Positions 8,359-16,281 of a DNA stretch of 30,956 bases are shown here, one piece after another. The notes beneath the pieces were generated by a model. That model had not been told where the DNA came from. It saw only the letters and a program-made list of their open reading frames with translations, and searched no databases. Every line of letters starts with the position of its first letter. Position 1 is the stretch's first letter. The translations under genes and the position numbers were made by a program. The stretch comes from a virus (lineage: Duplodnaviria > Caudoviricetes), in the IMG/VR virus record IMGVR_UViG_3300032234_000483, positions 1 through 30,956 of that record; one strand, given 5' to 3'.

Positions 8359-8395
8359 CGTGGAGAACTTTTTAGATGAAACGACTAAATCCTGA
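8120..8395 (+). CDS. VRR-NUC domain nuclease
   Basis: ERQIEQYL...KW...GVPDRIV...VELKT...SERQ, a PD-(D/E)xK pattern. Confidence 0.88.
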   Translation: MLERQIEQYLNKRVKELNGLTYKWISTVTGVPDRIVVLNNRIHLVELKTPTGVVSERQKLVFRQLEEHGQKVHILKSKSDVENFLDETTKS

Positions 8396-8846
8396 CACGG
8401 GACAGCTTTGGAAAAAAGGCGAGTACAACGACAACGGTAAAAGATTTTGGGGATATTCAAACAAAAAAGACAAGAAAGGATTTTATGGTTTGGTGTTTAG
8501 AAGTATTGAGTCTTTTGAAAGATGTAACAAAATTATTTCTAAGCTATCTACCGAAAGAAATAAGAGAGATGATTTAAGAGCAGAAAGAACGGCGCTGTAT
8601 AGTAAAAGAAGATGTTCTAAAAAAAGTAGAACTCCACCGTGGTTGACTAAAGAACATTTTTACGAAATAAAATGTATTTATCAAAAAGCACAAGCGTTGA
8701 AAGATTTTACAGGAGAAGATTGGGACGTAGACCATATCGTTCCATTACAAGGTGAGTTAGTCAGTGGTTTGCATGTGCCTTGGAACCTAAGAGTAATTCG
8801 TTCAGAAGAAAACCGAAAGAAAAACAACAAATATCATGTATGCTAA
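8376..8846 (+). CDS. Free-standing HNH endonuclease
   Basis: RTPPWL...VDHIVPLQGELVSGLHVPWNLRVI..EENRKKNN. Confidence 0.88.
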   Translation: MKRLNPDTGQLWKKGEYNDNGKRFWGYSNKKDKKGFYGLVFRSIESFERCNKIISKLSTERNKRDDLRAERTALYSKRRCSKKSRTPPWLTKEHFYEIKCIYQKAQALKDFTGEDWDVDHIVPLQGELVSGLHVPWNLRVIRSEENRKKNNKYHVC

Positions 8847-10186
8847 ACAAAACAAACTTACATCAATATCAACTCAACATACTGGAGAAAGCCAAGACAA
8901 TACCCAACTTGGGATTGTTTATGGAGCCGGGGTTGGGCAAGACTGCGACGGCGCTCACCATCATCGAAGAGAGCCCGAAGGGCAAGACTCTAGTGATAGC
9001 ACCGAAGCGGGTTGCAGAATCTGTATGGGAACCGGAGTGCAAAAGATGGCAACACTTGCAACATTTTACGGTGACGAAAATAATGGGGACACCCTCTGTT
9101 CGGCTGAAGAATTTGCAAAGCGCATCCGATGTGTATGTTATCAACCTTGAGAACGTGGCATGGCTTGTTGAGAACTGGCCTAAAGGTGGCTTTGATTATC
9201 TTATTATTGACGAGTCGTCGCGGTTTAAAGACCCATCAACTAAAAGATTCAAGGCCATCAAGAAGGTACTCAAAACATTCAAGCGCCGTATTATCCTCAC
9301 AGGCACACCCACACCGCAAGGCATGGCTGATTTGTATGCACAGGTGGGTATACTTGACTTGGGACAGCGATTGGAAACGAGCCTGACTAAGTTCAGGGAA
9401 AAGTACATGCACGTCACAGACCGTAATAGGCACACTGGCGTGGTTTATAAGTGGGGTTTAAATGTTGGTGCAGACAAAAGAATTCAAGATTCTATTCAAG
9501 ATATTTGTTTTAGTCTTCGTGCTGAGGACTACTTGGAGCTTCCTAAATTAACGAAGCTATACCATTCAATTGCATGGGATAAAGAAGCAAAGGTAAAGTA
9601 CAATGAACTCAAAAAGAACATGGTCGCACAAGTTGGCGAAGAAGAAATTACTGCCCCGACGGCCGCGACTCTTACCAACAAGTTACTCCAATTTACATCG
9701 GGAGCGTTATATACAGAATCCCACGAGGTGGTACATATCCACGACACAAAACTGGAGTTTCTTGAATCGTTGTTGGAAGAGAGCTCTGCCCCTACACTCC
9801 TCTTTTATCACTTCAAGCATTCGCTTCAGAGGATTCTTGAAAAGTTCCCCGAGGCAGTTGTCTTGCAAGACGACAACATCCAAGATTGGCGTGACGGCAA
9901 AATTAAGTTACTCTTGGCGCACCCCCAGTCAGGAGGCATTGGGCTTAACCTACAATGCAATAGTGGCGATTTGGCACAGTGTGTCTGGTACGACCTCCCT
10001 TATTCGTCAGAGAACTATATTCAAGCCAATGCTCGAGTCTATAGGCAGGGTCAGACTAAGCCAGTCATTATCCACCACCTCCAACTGGAAAATTCTATTG
10101 ACGGACAGGTGGTCAAGGTACTGGACGGGAAAATAAATTTGCAGGATGCTCTAATAAATGCCCTAAAGTTTGTATATATAGTATAA
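8840..10186 (+). CDS. SNF2-family (SF2) helicase
   Basis: LHQYQ, GLFMEPGLGKT, IIDESS, LTGTP, GIGLNLQ, QANARVYRQGQ. Confidence 0.93.
   Translation: MLNKTNLHQYQLNILEKAKTIPNLGLFMEPGLGKTATALTIIEESPKGKTLVIAPKRVAESVWEPECKRWQHLQHFTVTKIMGTPSVRLKNLQSASDVYVINLENVAWLVENWPKGGFDYLIIDESSRFKDPSTKRFKAIKKVLKTFKRRIILTGTPTPQGMADLYAQVGILDLGQRLETSLTKFREKYMHVTDRNRHTGVVYKWGLNVGADKRIQDSIQDICFSLRAEDYLELPKLTKLYHSIAWDKEAKVKYNELKKNMVAQVGEEEITAPTAATLTNKLLQFTSGALYTESHEVVHIHDTKLEFLESLLEESSAPTLLFYHFKHSLQRILEKFPEAVVLQDDNIQDWRDGKIKLLLAHPQSGGIGLNLQCNSGDLAQCVWYDLPYSSENYIQANARVYRQGQTKPVIIHHLQLENSIDGQVVKVLDGKINLQDALINALKFVYIV
10169..10181 (+). promoter_or_regulatory. Phage promoter-like motif copy 2
   Basis: TTTGTATATATAG inside the last codons of the helicase, upstream of ACP. 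Confidence 0.8.
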
Positions 10187-10199
10187 GACAGGAGATGTG

Positions 10200-10481
10200 A
10201 TGGACTATTTAAAACTATTCAATGAAATCATCAAGGTAGCCACACCGCTTAATTCCAATAAGGCGGAGGCAAAGTCCTTGGAGCAAACGCTCGCAGACAC
10301 GGGTTTGGATAGTCTTGACCTCCTCATGGTGGGCATTTACTTGGCTGAAATCTTTGGCGTTACCGAAGAGCAGGCCAAACAGGTAAAGGCTAACACTGTA
10401 GGCGAAATGATTAACTACATGCACTTTTATAGAACCAAAGAGCCTGCCAGTGTTGAAGAGGCCATCAAGAGCATACAATGA
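10200..10481 (+). CDS. Acyl carrier protein
   Basis: LADTGLDSLDLL (phosphopantetheine Ser), EIFGV, NTVGEMI; AGGAG SD (GTG 10197 is an alternative start). Confidence 0.9.
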   Translation: MDYLKLFNEIIKVATPLNSNKAEAKSLEQTLADTGLDSLDLLMVGIYLAEIFGVTEEQAKQVKANTVGEMINYMHFYRTKEPASVEEAIKSIQ

Positions 10482-11581
10482 TTTACTTAACTGATTACAG
10501 GACAGCGAGCACCACACATACTGAGTTCTTTGATGATATTGACTATCCTCAAAGGGTTCACTGGTTTCCGGAAACCTACGTAAGGAAAGACACCGGTCTA
10601 GTTTATGCACCGCACAAACTGGCCGATAAAGTACTTGACGCAGAGCTATTGAGAAAGCTCAAGGAGAACCCAGTTAAAACAGCATTCATATTGGCGTCAG
10701 GTAACAGTCACTTTGCAGGCATCAACCAAAAGACAACGGCCAAGACCAGATTGTCTTACGAGTACAAGATACTGCCACTGACATTGACGCAGGTGTATGC
10801 CGGACGTATAGCGCAGATGTGTGGTGCTCAGGACTTAGTAACAACCGACGCATCAGCGTGCGCATCAAGCCTCAGAGTCATGATGCAGGTGCGTGAGTTG
10901 ATTGAGTACTATAAGTTTAAGCGTGTGATTGTGTTGTCATTGGAAGACCCAGTGACAAACTTGGTGTTGAGCTTTTTTGGTGAGACAACAGCATCACTTG
11001 GTCACACAGAAGAGTTACTTGGTTTATTGCCGTCAGCGTTTGACAGAATCAACGGCAAGTTTAATATCGGTCAGGGCGCCGTGTTTGCTGTGTTTGAACA
11101 CTGCAGTATTGCTCAGAACAAGACAGCTAAGTTGTTAAGTGCTTACAGCGCATCAGAAGAAAGCACCAACGCAATAGGTCAAAGAGAAGACGGCGACGGA
11201 TTCATGAAGGCCATCATTGGCGCCATGGATGTGCTTGAGACAGACAAGCCGATTAGTATTGTTAAGACCCATGGTACAGGCACACCATCAAACAACAAGG
11301 CAGAACGTAACGCGCTTGAAACGATATTAGATAAAGGATTTATAGCAACGTCTTTGAAGCCAACCATTGGTCATACCATGGGCGCATCAGGTTTATTAGA
11401 GACTTGCTTACTATTGGATTCATTAAGAGAAACAGGTAAGGTTCCTGCAATCAAGAACCGCACCGAGGAAGACAAGGTTTTTATTAGTGAAGACACGACT
11501 CCCAGGGATGGGCTCATTTTAAGTTTGGCTGCAGGCATGGGTAACATCTATTCTTGCGCCGTTTTTGACTACCAATTATGA
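10478..11581 (+). CDS. Beta-ketoacyl-ACP synthase (FabB/FabF-like ketosynthase)
   Basis: SACASS (Cys), KTHGTGT (His), SLKPTIGHTMGASG (Lys, His), AFD...GQGA. Confidence 0.92.
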   Translation: MIYLTDYRTASTTHTEFFDDIDYPQRVHWFPETYVRKDTGLVYAPHKLADKVLDAELLRKLKENPVKTAFILASGNSHFAGINQKTTAKTRLSYEYKILPLTLTQVYAGRIAQMCGAQDLVTTDASACASSLRVMMQVRELIEYYKFKRVIVLSLEDPVTNLVLSFFGETTASLGHTEELLGLLPSAFDRINGKFNIGQGAVFAVFEHCSIAQNKTAKLLSAYSASEESTNAIGQREDGDGFMKAIIGAMDVLETDKPISIVKTHGTGTPSNNKAERNALETILDKGFIATSLKPTIGHTMGASGLLETCLLLDSLRETGKVPAIKNRTEEDKVFISEDTTPRDGLILSLAAGMGNIYSCAVFDYQL

Positions 11582-11886
11582 TAATTATAAAATACAAATT
11601 TAACTGCGCATCACCAAGACTGTCTGACGAAGAGCCAGACCTATTGGAGCAAGAAGACGTGGAAGGCATCTTGGGTGTACCATCTGAAGGTTGGTTACCT
11701 TGGAGCCATGATGACGTGATTGATATTCAAAAAATCATTGAGGAAAGAATGCCTGAGAAACAACGGGTTATTATTGAAGCGTTTTTGTCAGGACAAAACA
11801 ATAAAGAGATTGGTGTGTCAGAGAAGTACTGGCGCTACCATTACCAAAAAGCTATTGAGTTTATTAAGAAGGAGTTAAATATATGA
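11578..11886 (+). CDS. Sigma region 4-like HTH protein
   Basis: MPEKQRVII...GQNNKEIGVSE...QKAIEFIKKEL resembles sigma4 LPxxQRxxI...EIA...KA pattern. Confidence 0.55.
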   Translation: MIIIKYKFNCASPRLSDEEPDLLEQEDVEGILGVPSEGWLPWSHDDVIDIQKIIEERMPEKQRVIIEAFLSGQNNKEIGVSEKYWRYHYQKAIEFIKKELNI

Positions 11887-12095
11887 ATAAAGAAATGAAA
11901 GCATTTCCATCTGAAAACGATTCAAGAAAGTCATACCATTATGTTAATAAAGGCATGGACTTAAGAGACTACTTTGCAGCTAAAGCTATGCCATCACTAG
12001 TAAAAACACTTGAGCATCATATAACAACACCTAGCGATGTGGCTGAATTAGCTTATAAATATGCAGATGCAATGATGGAAGCGAGAGAAAAATGA
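11883..12095 (+). CDS. Phage protein of the GMxLRDYFAAKAM family
   Basis: AFP...GMDLRDYFAAKAM...AYKYADAMM. Confidence 0.8.
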   Translation: MNKEMKAFPSENDSRKSYHYVNKGMDLRDYFAAKAMPSLVKTLEHHITTPSDVAELAYKYADAMMEAREK

Positions 12096-12292
12096 TATTT
12101 GTTATTGAACATGAAAAAGATGGTATCTGGCAGTGCGAGACACTGTACGGCGTTGAAGACTTAGACACAAGCCAGTACCAACCAATCAAGAAAATCTTCT
12201 TGTGTGAGAACCGTGAAGAAGTTGCGGCCGTGGTAAAAGAAATCCATAGAGAGCGCTTTGAACCATTTAACAGAGAAAAGTATGGTGATTGA
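12092..12292 (+). CDS. Hypothetical protein
   Basis: ATGA-coupled ORF. Confidence 0.7.
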   Translation: MIFVIEHEKDGIWQCETLYGVEDLDTSQYQPIKKIFLCENREEVAAVVKEIHRERFEPFNREKYGD

Positions 12293-12531
12293 TTATGAGT
12301 GGTGACCACAACATGAATTGCTCAGGCAACGACCCTGTTAACCATCCAAAACACTACACCACACACCCAAGCGGTGTGGAGTGCATTCAAATCACAGAGC
12401 ACATGGGCTTCTGTTTAGGCAACGCCATGAAGTACATCTGGCGAGCTGACGAGAAGTGGGACGCGATTGAAGACCTGAAGAAGGCCAAGTGGTACATTGA
12501 GCGTGAGCTGAAAAAGAGAGGCGCAGAGTGA
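12289..12531 (+). CDS. DUF3310 (SaV-like) protein
   Basis: DPVNHPKHYT..GVECIQI..GFCLGNAMKYIWRA..EDLKKAKWY; exact start uncertain. Confidence 0.88.
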   Translation: MIMSGDHNMNCSGNDPVNHPKHYTTHPSGVECIQITEHMGFCLGNAMKYIWRADEKWDAIEDLKKAKWYIERELKKRGAE

Positions 12532-12725
12532 TAGAAGGACTCACCTCCAGACAGATTATCGAGATGATTGCCAATGAGTACATTGAGCTATCACACGATA
12601 AGATTAAGTTACAGCGCGACGACCACATCCGTTGGTGTAAAAAGTGGCTAGAGTTGAACCCTGTCATTGAAACGCCAATGCAACAGATTAGACGTTGGTG
12701 GGATGAGAAGTATGGGCAAGATTGA
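12528..12725 (+). CDS. Hypothetical protein
   Basis: GAGG SD; GTGA overlap. Confidence 0.65.
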   Translation: MIEGLTSRQIIEMIANEYIELSHDKIKLQRDDHIRWCKKWLELNPVIETPMQQIRRWWDEKYGQD

Positions 12726-12846
12726 GTTTGTTAAACTACCTTGGTTCCGTGGCACGCCAATATACTGGAACCAAGTGTTCTTTAACGGTGGTAAAATATA
12801 CAAGGCATACAGATTTTTCTGCCTATCAATAAGGATATACAAATGA
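12712..12846 (+). CDS. Hypothetical protein (44 aa)
   Basis: Not in track; MGKIEFVKLPWF...; ATGA overlap with next gene. Confidence 0.5.
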   Translation: MGKIEFVKLPWFRGTPIYWNQVFFNGGKIYKAYRFFCLSIRIYK

Positions 12847-13022
12847 AACGCAAGATGATTGACCCACCCAGCGGTTGGAAGTATGGGTTCCCAAAAGAGA
12901 TACCAGAGCACGTCGATGACACAACAAAGTGGTTGCTTGAAAACGGATACCCGGAGTACGAAGTTACGAAGATGGGCGACTACTTTTTTGTTAGGGGTTG
13001 GTATGAAGACGATGGAAAGTGA
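12843..13022 (+). CDS. Phage protein with DPPSGWKYGFPK motif (59 aa)
   Basis: Not in track; TAAGGA SD; MIDPPSGWKYGFPK...WLLENGYP. Confidence 0.75.
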   Translation: MKRKMIDPPSGWKYGFPKEIPEHVDDTTKWLLENGYPEYEVTKMGDYFFVRGWYEDDGK

Positions 13023-13239
13023 TTTAATTGACAGACTACGTAAGCGTGCTGAGATACGCAGACAGATACCAAGTCGCAAGTCCGTGCAGAACAACGAGCC
13101 TGACAGGATTGCTGATTTGTTGGAAGAAGCTGCTGATGCTATTGAGATGTGGAGAAGTAAGTATCGAGAGATGCACAACTTGGCAACTCAAGCAATGATG
13201 CGAGTTAATGAACTTGAAAAGAAAGCGAGCGAGAAATGA
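13012..13239 (+). CDS. Hypothetical phage protein
   Basis: DLIDRLRKRAEIRRQI..RKSV..DRIADLLEEAA; true start probably 13012, not 12859. Confidence 0.75.
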   Translation: MESDLIDRLRKRAEIRRQIPSRKSVQNNEPDRIADLLEEAADAIEMWRSKYREMHNLATQAMMRVNELEKKASEK

Positions 13240-13559
13240 AACAACCCACATACATTGATTTAGAAGACGCCATCTATATGGCATGGCGAACGAGTGACGA
13301 CCTAGATATGTTTTTTAAACATCACGGCGACCACCCAACTCCCATGTCCGAAGATGAAGTGAGCAATATGATACTTGGCATTAAGAATCTCCATGACCTG
13401 CGTATGGAAGCGCTGATGGATATGATGTGCCGTGTACATAAACTAAACCAGTACACAACCGACCCAGAGGTTTTGGCAAGGCGTGAAAAGGTTTTTAATG
13501 AAGCAGTAGAAGCAGGAAAAGAAATGTCAAAACAATTAAAGAAAGGTAAGAAAAAGTGA
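13236..13559 (+). CDS. Hypothetical protein
   Basis: ATGA-coupled 107-aa ORF. Confidence 0.75.
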   Translation: MKQPTYIDLEDAIYMAWRTSDDLDMFFKHHGDHPTPMSEDEVSNMILGIKNLHDLRMEALMDMMCRVHKLNQYTTDPEVLARREKVFNEAVEAGKEMSKQLKKGKKK

Positions 13560-13729
13560 TTAAGTTTGAATTTACAATTGAGCAGGTTAACTCTATTTTG
13601 CAAGCGTTGGGTAAAGCCCCTGCAGAGTTTTCATTAAACCCAATCATGCTTATCCAAAACCAAGCAGGTCCACAGGTGGATGAGATGATGGCAAAACAGG
13701 CCGAGGAGAACAAAAAAGATGAGCAGTGA
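13556..13729 (+). CDS. Hypothetical protein (57 aa)
   Basis: Not in track; AAGGT SD; FTIEQVNSILQALGKAP...QAGPQ. Confidence 0.7.
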   Translation: MIKFEFTIEQVNSILQALGKAPAEFSLNPIMLIQNQAGPQVDEMMAKQAEENKKDEQ

Positions 13730-13913
13730 TTTACTACAAAAGATGCTAGGCAACGCGGGTGTGTCAAACGCTCAGAACGTGGAACAAGCAAGGGCTGAAT
13801 TGGCCGGCGCGATTACACGGATTGTTTTGAATGAAACGATTGCAGAAGCCAAGGCGCGAGCCAAGATTCGTGACGAAACTATCGCCAAGCAACAGGGCGA
13901 AAAGTCCGAATAG
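13719..13913 (+). CDS. Hypothetical helical protein
   Basis: GAGGAG SD; ends immediately before promoter copy 3. Confidence 0.7.
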   Translation: MSSDLLQKMLGNAGVSNAQNVEQARAELAGAITRIVLNETIAEAKARAKIRDETIAKQQGEKSE

Positions 13914-13926
13914 TTTGTATATATAG
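13914..13926 (+). promoter_or_regulatory. Phage promoter-like motif copy 3
   Basis: TTTGTATATATAG upstream of ncRNA/tRNA/terminase unit. Confidence 0.8.
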
Positions 13927-13930
13927 ATAT

Positions 13931-14046
13931 AGGACACGTCGGGAGACGCTCCTCGCGGGCTAGATGATACTGCCCTGCATTTTGGACTGGGGACGCTCGG
14001 TCATGGTCGTAAAGAAGGCCTGGCAGTCGGGAAAGACCGACACCTT
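13931..14046 (+). ncRNA. Candidate structured RNA between promoter and tRNA
   Basis: GC-rich, no plausible sense-strand gene, up to five consecutive hairpins, the first with a GGGA tetraloop. Confidence 0.5.
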
Positions 14047-14120
14047 GCCCCTTTAGTTAAGTGGCATAACAGTTGACTTGTAATCATCAGTCGGTAGTTC
14101 AATTCTATCAAGGGGCACCA
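14047..14120 (+). tRNA. tRNA-Thr (UGU)
   Basis: Acceptor GCCCCTT/AAGGGGC+ACCA, D arm GTTA/TAAC, anticodon loop CT-TGT-AA (one U-U mismatch in stem), T loop TTCAATT. Confidence 0.93.
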
Positions 14121-14121
14121 A

Positions 14122-14271
14122 ATGGCAGCAAAACCTGGCTTGTACGCCAACATCGCAGCAAAGAGAGAACGTATCAAGGCGGGCTCTGGTGAGACCATGC
14201 GCAAGCCGGGCACCAAGGGCGCTCCAACGGCAAAACAATTTAAAGAAGCCGCTAAAACGGCCAAAAAATAA
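14122..14271 (+). CDS. Small basic phage protein (49 aa)
   Basis: Not in track; MAAKPGLYANIAAKRERIKAGSGETMRKPGTKGAPTAKQFKEAAKTAKK; TAATG coupling. Confidence 0.8.
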   Translation: MAAKPGLYANIAAKRERIKAGSGETMRKPGTKGAPTAKQFKEAAKTAKK

Positions 14272-14660
14272 TGGCAATTAAAAAGTACGTATTCAAACCA
14301 GAGATGTGTGAGACCATGATTGCCATGGGGCTAGAGGGCGCGTCACAGAAGATGATTTGGTCTGAGTTAGGTATCAACAAGGACGTGGCCAAGACATGGG
14401 TTAAAAACCACCCAGAGTTCGCTGACGCCCTTGAAATGGCCAAGGTGCATAGCCAGGCATACTGGGAGCGTGAACTCCTCGCTAACGTGGGTAATAAGGC
14501 GTTTAACAGCCGTTTGGCAGAGATTGCTCTACGTGGTCAATTCCAAGAAGACTACAAAGAGACTCGCGAACAGAAGGTTGAGGGTAAAGTTGAGGTGGTT
14601 GTGGACTTCTCAGGCGCCGTATCAGACCTAATCAAACAACTTAAAAAAGCTAAAGACTAA
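14271..14660 (+). CDS. Probable terminase small subunit
   Basis: KPEMCE...GAS..IWSELGI....TW...HPEFADA...SQAYWE HTH pattern; C-terminal KVE.KVEV strand. Confidence 0.6.
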   Translation: MAIKKYVFKPEMCETMIAMGLEGASQKMIWSELGINKDVAKTWVKNHPEFADALEMAKVHSQAYWERELLANVGNKAFNSRLAEIALRGQFQEDYKETREQKVEGKVEVVVDFSGAVSDLIKQLKKAKD

Positions 14661-14665
14661 GCTAC

Positions 14666-14681
14666 ATTTCACATCGTGGTA
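14666..14681 (+). promoter_or_regulatory. Repeated upstream site ATTTCACATCGTGGTA
   Basis: Near-identical copy at 19506, related copy at 16527. Confidence 0.55.
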
Positions 14682-14683
14682 GC

Positions 14684-14711
14684 AAAAGCCGGCTTTTTAG
14701 TCGGCTTTTTT
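14684..14711 (+). terminator. Rho-independent terminator
   Basis: AAAAGCCGGC-TTTTTA-GTCGGCTTTTTT. Confidence 0.8.
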
Positions 14712-14721
14712 GTATATATAG
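14709..14721 (+). promoter_or_regulatory. Phage promoter-like motif copy 4
   Basis: TTTGTATATATAG overlapping the terminator T tract. Confidence 0.8.
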
Positions 14722-14753
14722 TATTACCAATAACGAAAAACAGGAAAACAGAC

Positions 14754-15887
14754 ATGACCGCTCACGCGCTACTATCCGCCTCGTCATCCAAGCGATGGCT
14801 AACTTGCACCCCCAGTGCAAGACTCGAGGCAACTCTGCCTGAACCAAAACGTGCATCCAACGGATTTGACTTCAGTCAAGAAGGCACAATGGCTCATTCA
14901 TTGGCAGAGATTAAATTAAGACACCACTATGGACAAATTGGTATTGAGGAGTTTGAACGTGAATATGAAATCATTAAAAACACGCCGTACTACGACGAAG
15001 ACTTTGAAGCCAACGTCGACAACTACGTACTATATGTCCGTTCCCAAATCGGTGAAGGTGACACCCCTCTCTTTGAACAGCGTGTGGACTTCAGTGACTG
15101 GGTACCTGACGGGTTTGGTACAGCGGATGTGGTCATACTTTCTAAGCATTCCATTCGCGTCATCGACCTCAAGTTTGGACGTGGAATACCTGTATCAGCA
15201 GTCGATAACACACAACTTAGACTCTATGCTCTCGGAGCGTACAGCAAATTTAAAGAAGAGTATCCGGAAATTAAGGAAGTCCAGTATGTCATCCATCAGC
15301 CTCGCTTGGACAACATATCATCTGATGGAACAACCGTCGCCAAACTTGTCGACTGGGCCAACTACTTCGTTAAGTCAAAGGCTAAGAAAGCATGGGCGGG
15401 CTCTGGTGAATTTCTTCCGGGGGAACACTGTCAGTTCTGTAGGGCTAAAGCGCAGTGCAGGGCGCGCAGTGACTTCAACAACGAAATAGCCAAGCTAGAG
15501 TTCAGAGCTCCGGCGTTGTTAAACGACGAAGAGATTGACTTGGTTTATTCCCGAGCGGGAAGTTTAAGGACTTGGGCCAACGATGTTGAGGCATATATTA
15601 CCGAGAGGGCAGTAAAAGAAAACATCATACCAAAGGGCTACAAGCTGACAACAACCAAGACGCACCGTAAGATTGGTGACGAGGAGATGGCAGCAACAAC
15701 CTTGATTGAAAAAGGTTTTAGCAAGGAAGACATCTACAAGCCTGCAGGTCTGAAGTCAATTGCTCAGTTGGAAAAGTTGGGTCAGAAGGGTGAAGTGGCC
15801 GGATTACTTGGCGACTTGATTGTGAGACCAGATGGTGAGCCAAAGCTCGTCAAGGATACAAACCAAGCTGAGGAGGACTTCAAATGA
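14754..15887 (+). CDS. DUF2800 family Cas4-like PD-(D/E)xK nuclease
   Basis: HALLSASSSKRWLTCTPS, EGTMAH, GFGTADVV, VIDLKFG, QLRLYALG, GEHCQFC..K..CRAR. Confidence 0.9.
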   Translation: MTAHALLSASSSKRWLTCTPSARLEATLPEPKRASNGFDFSQEGTMAHSLAEIKLRHHYGQIGIEEFEREYEIIKNTPYYDEDFEANVDNYVLYVRSQIGEGDTPLFEQRVDFSDWVPDGFGTADVVILSKHSIRVIDLKFGRGIPVSAVDNTQLRLYALGAYSKFKEEYPEIKEVQYVIHQPRLDNISSDGTTVAKLVDWANYFVKSKAKKAWAGSGEFLPGEHCQFCRAKAQCRARSDFNNEIAKLEFRAPALLNDEEIDLVYSRAGSLRTWANDVEAYITERAVKENIIPKGYKLTTTKTHRKIGDEEMAATTLIEKGFSKEDIYKPAGLKSIAQLEKLGQKGEVAGLLGDLIVRPDGEPKLVKDTNQAEEDFK

Positions 15888-16138
15888 CCAGAGATGAGAT
15901 TGCTGAGTACGATGAGCACTTGATGCTCTTGGAACCAAGTTACTTTGACAAGGCGATTGTTGGTGTTCTATCTGGAATGAATATCAACAAGGTATGTTAT
16001 GATAAGTCTAAGGTCATTGAGCTTTTAATGACAGAAGACGGCATGACAGAAGACGAAGCGCTTGAGTACTTTGACTTTAACATTGCAGGAGCTTGGGTTG
16101 GTGAGCACACTCCTGCATACTTGGAGAAGTCGTTATGA
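15884..16138 (+). CDS. Hypothetical phage protein
   Basis: GAGGAG SD; FDKAIVG..YD..K..L..DGM.EDEALEYFDFNIAGAWVGEHTP. Confidence 0.8.
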   Translation: MTRDEIAEYDEHLMLLEPSYFDKAIVGVLSGMNINKVCYDKSKVIELLMTEDGMTEDEALEYFDFNIAGAWVGEHTPAYLEKSL

Positions 16139-16281
16139 GCTCAAGTTTGATTATTGTAACGGGACTCATCTACGCGTACATATCCATTGAACAAGGGTTC
16201 CATGGTAACTATGGATTGATGTGTATGTATGCCGGGTATTGTTTTGCCAATTATGGCGCCTATTTGATTGCTACAAAATGA
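16135..16281 (+). CDS. Small membrane protein (48 aa)
   Basis: Not in track; GGAG SD; LIIVTGLIYAYI...MYAGYCFANYGAYLIA. Confidence 0.7.
   Translation: MSSSLIIVTGLIYAYISIEQGFHGNYGLMCMYAGYCFANYGAYLIATK

Noticed and set aside
10195-10200. ATG-TGA start-stop element before the ACP
   Set aside because: Abuts the SD with no spacer; likely coincidental.
12859-13011. N-terminal extension of the 126-aa ORF
   Set aside because: Better explained by the 12843-13022 gene in another frame.
14047-14120. tRNA as a prophage attachment site
   Set aside because: Flanked by phage genes on both sides; no integrase or duplicated 3' end seen.
14929-15489. 186-aa alternative-frame ORF (likewise 9603-10136 and 19084-19452)
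   Set aside because: Wholly nested in conserved genes; Ser/Thr-rich off-frame composition.
14754-15887. CRISPR-Cas association of the Cas4-like nuclease
   Set aside because: No repeat-spacer array or cas genes; context is the DUF2800-DUF2815-PolA replication module.
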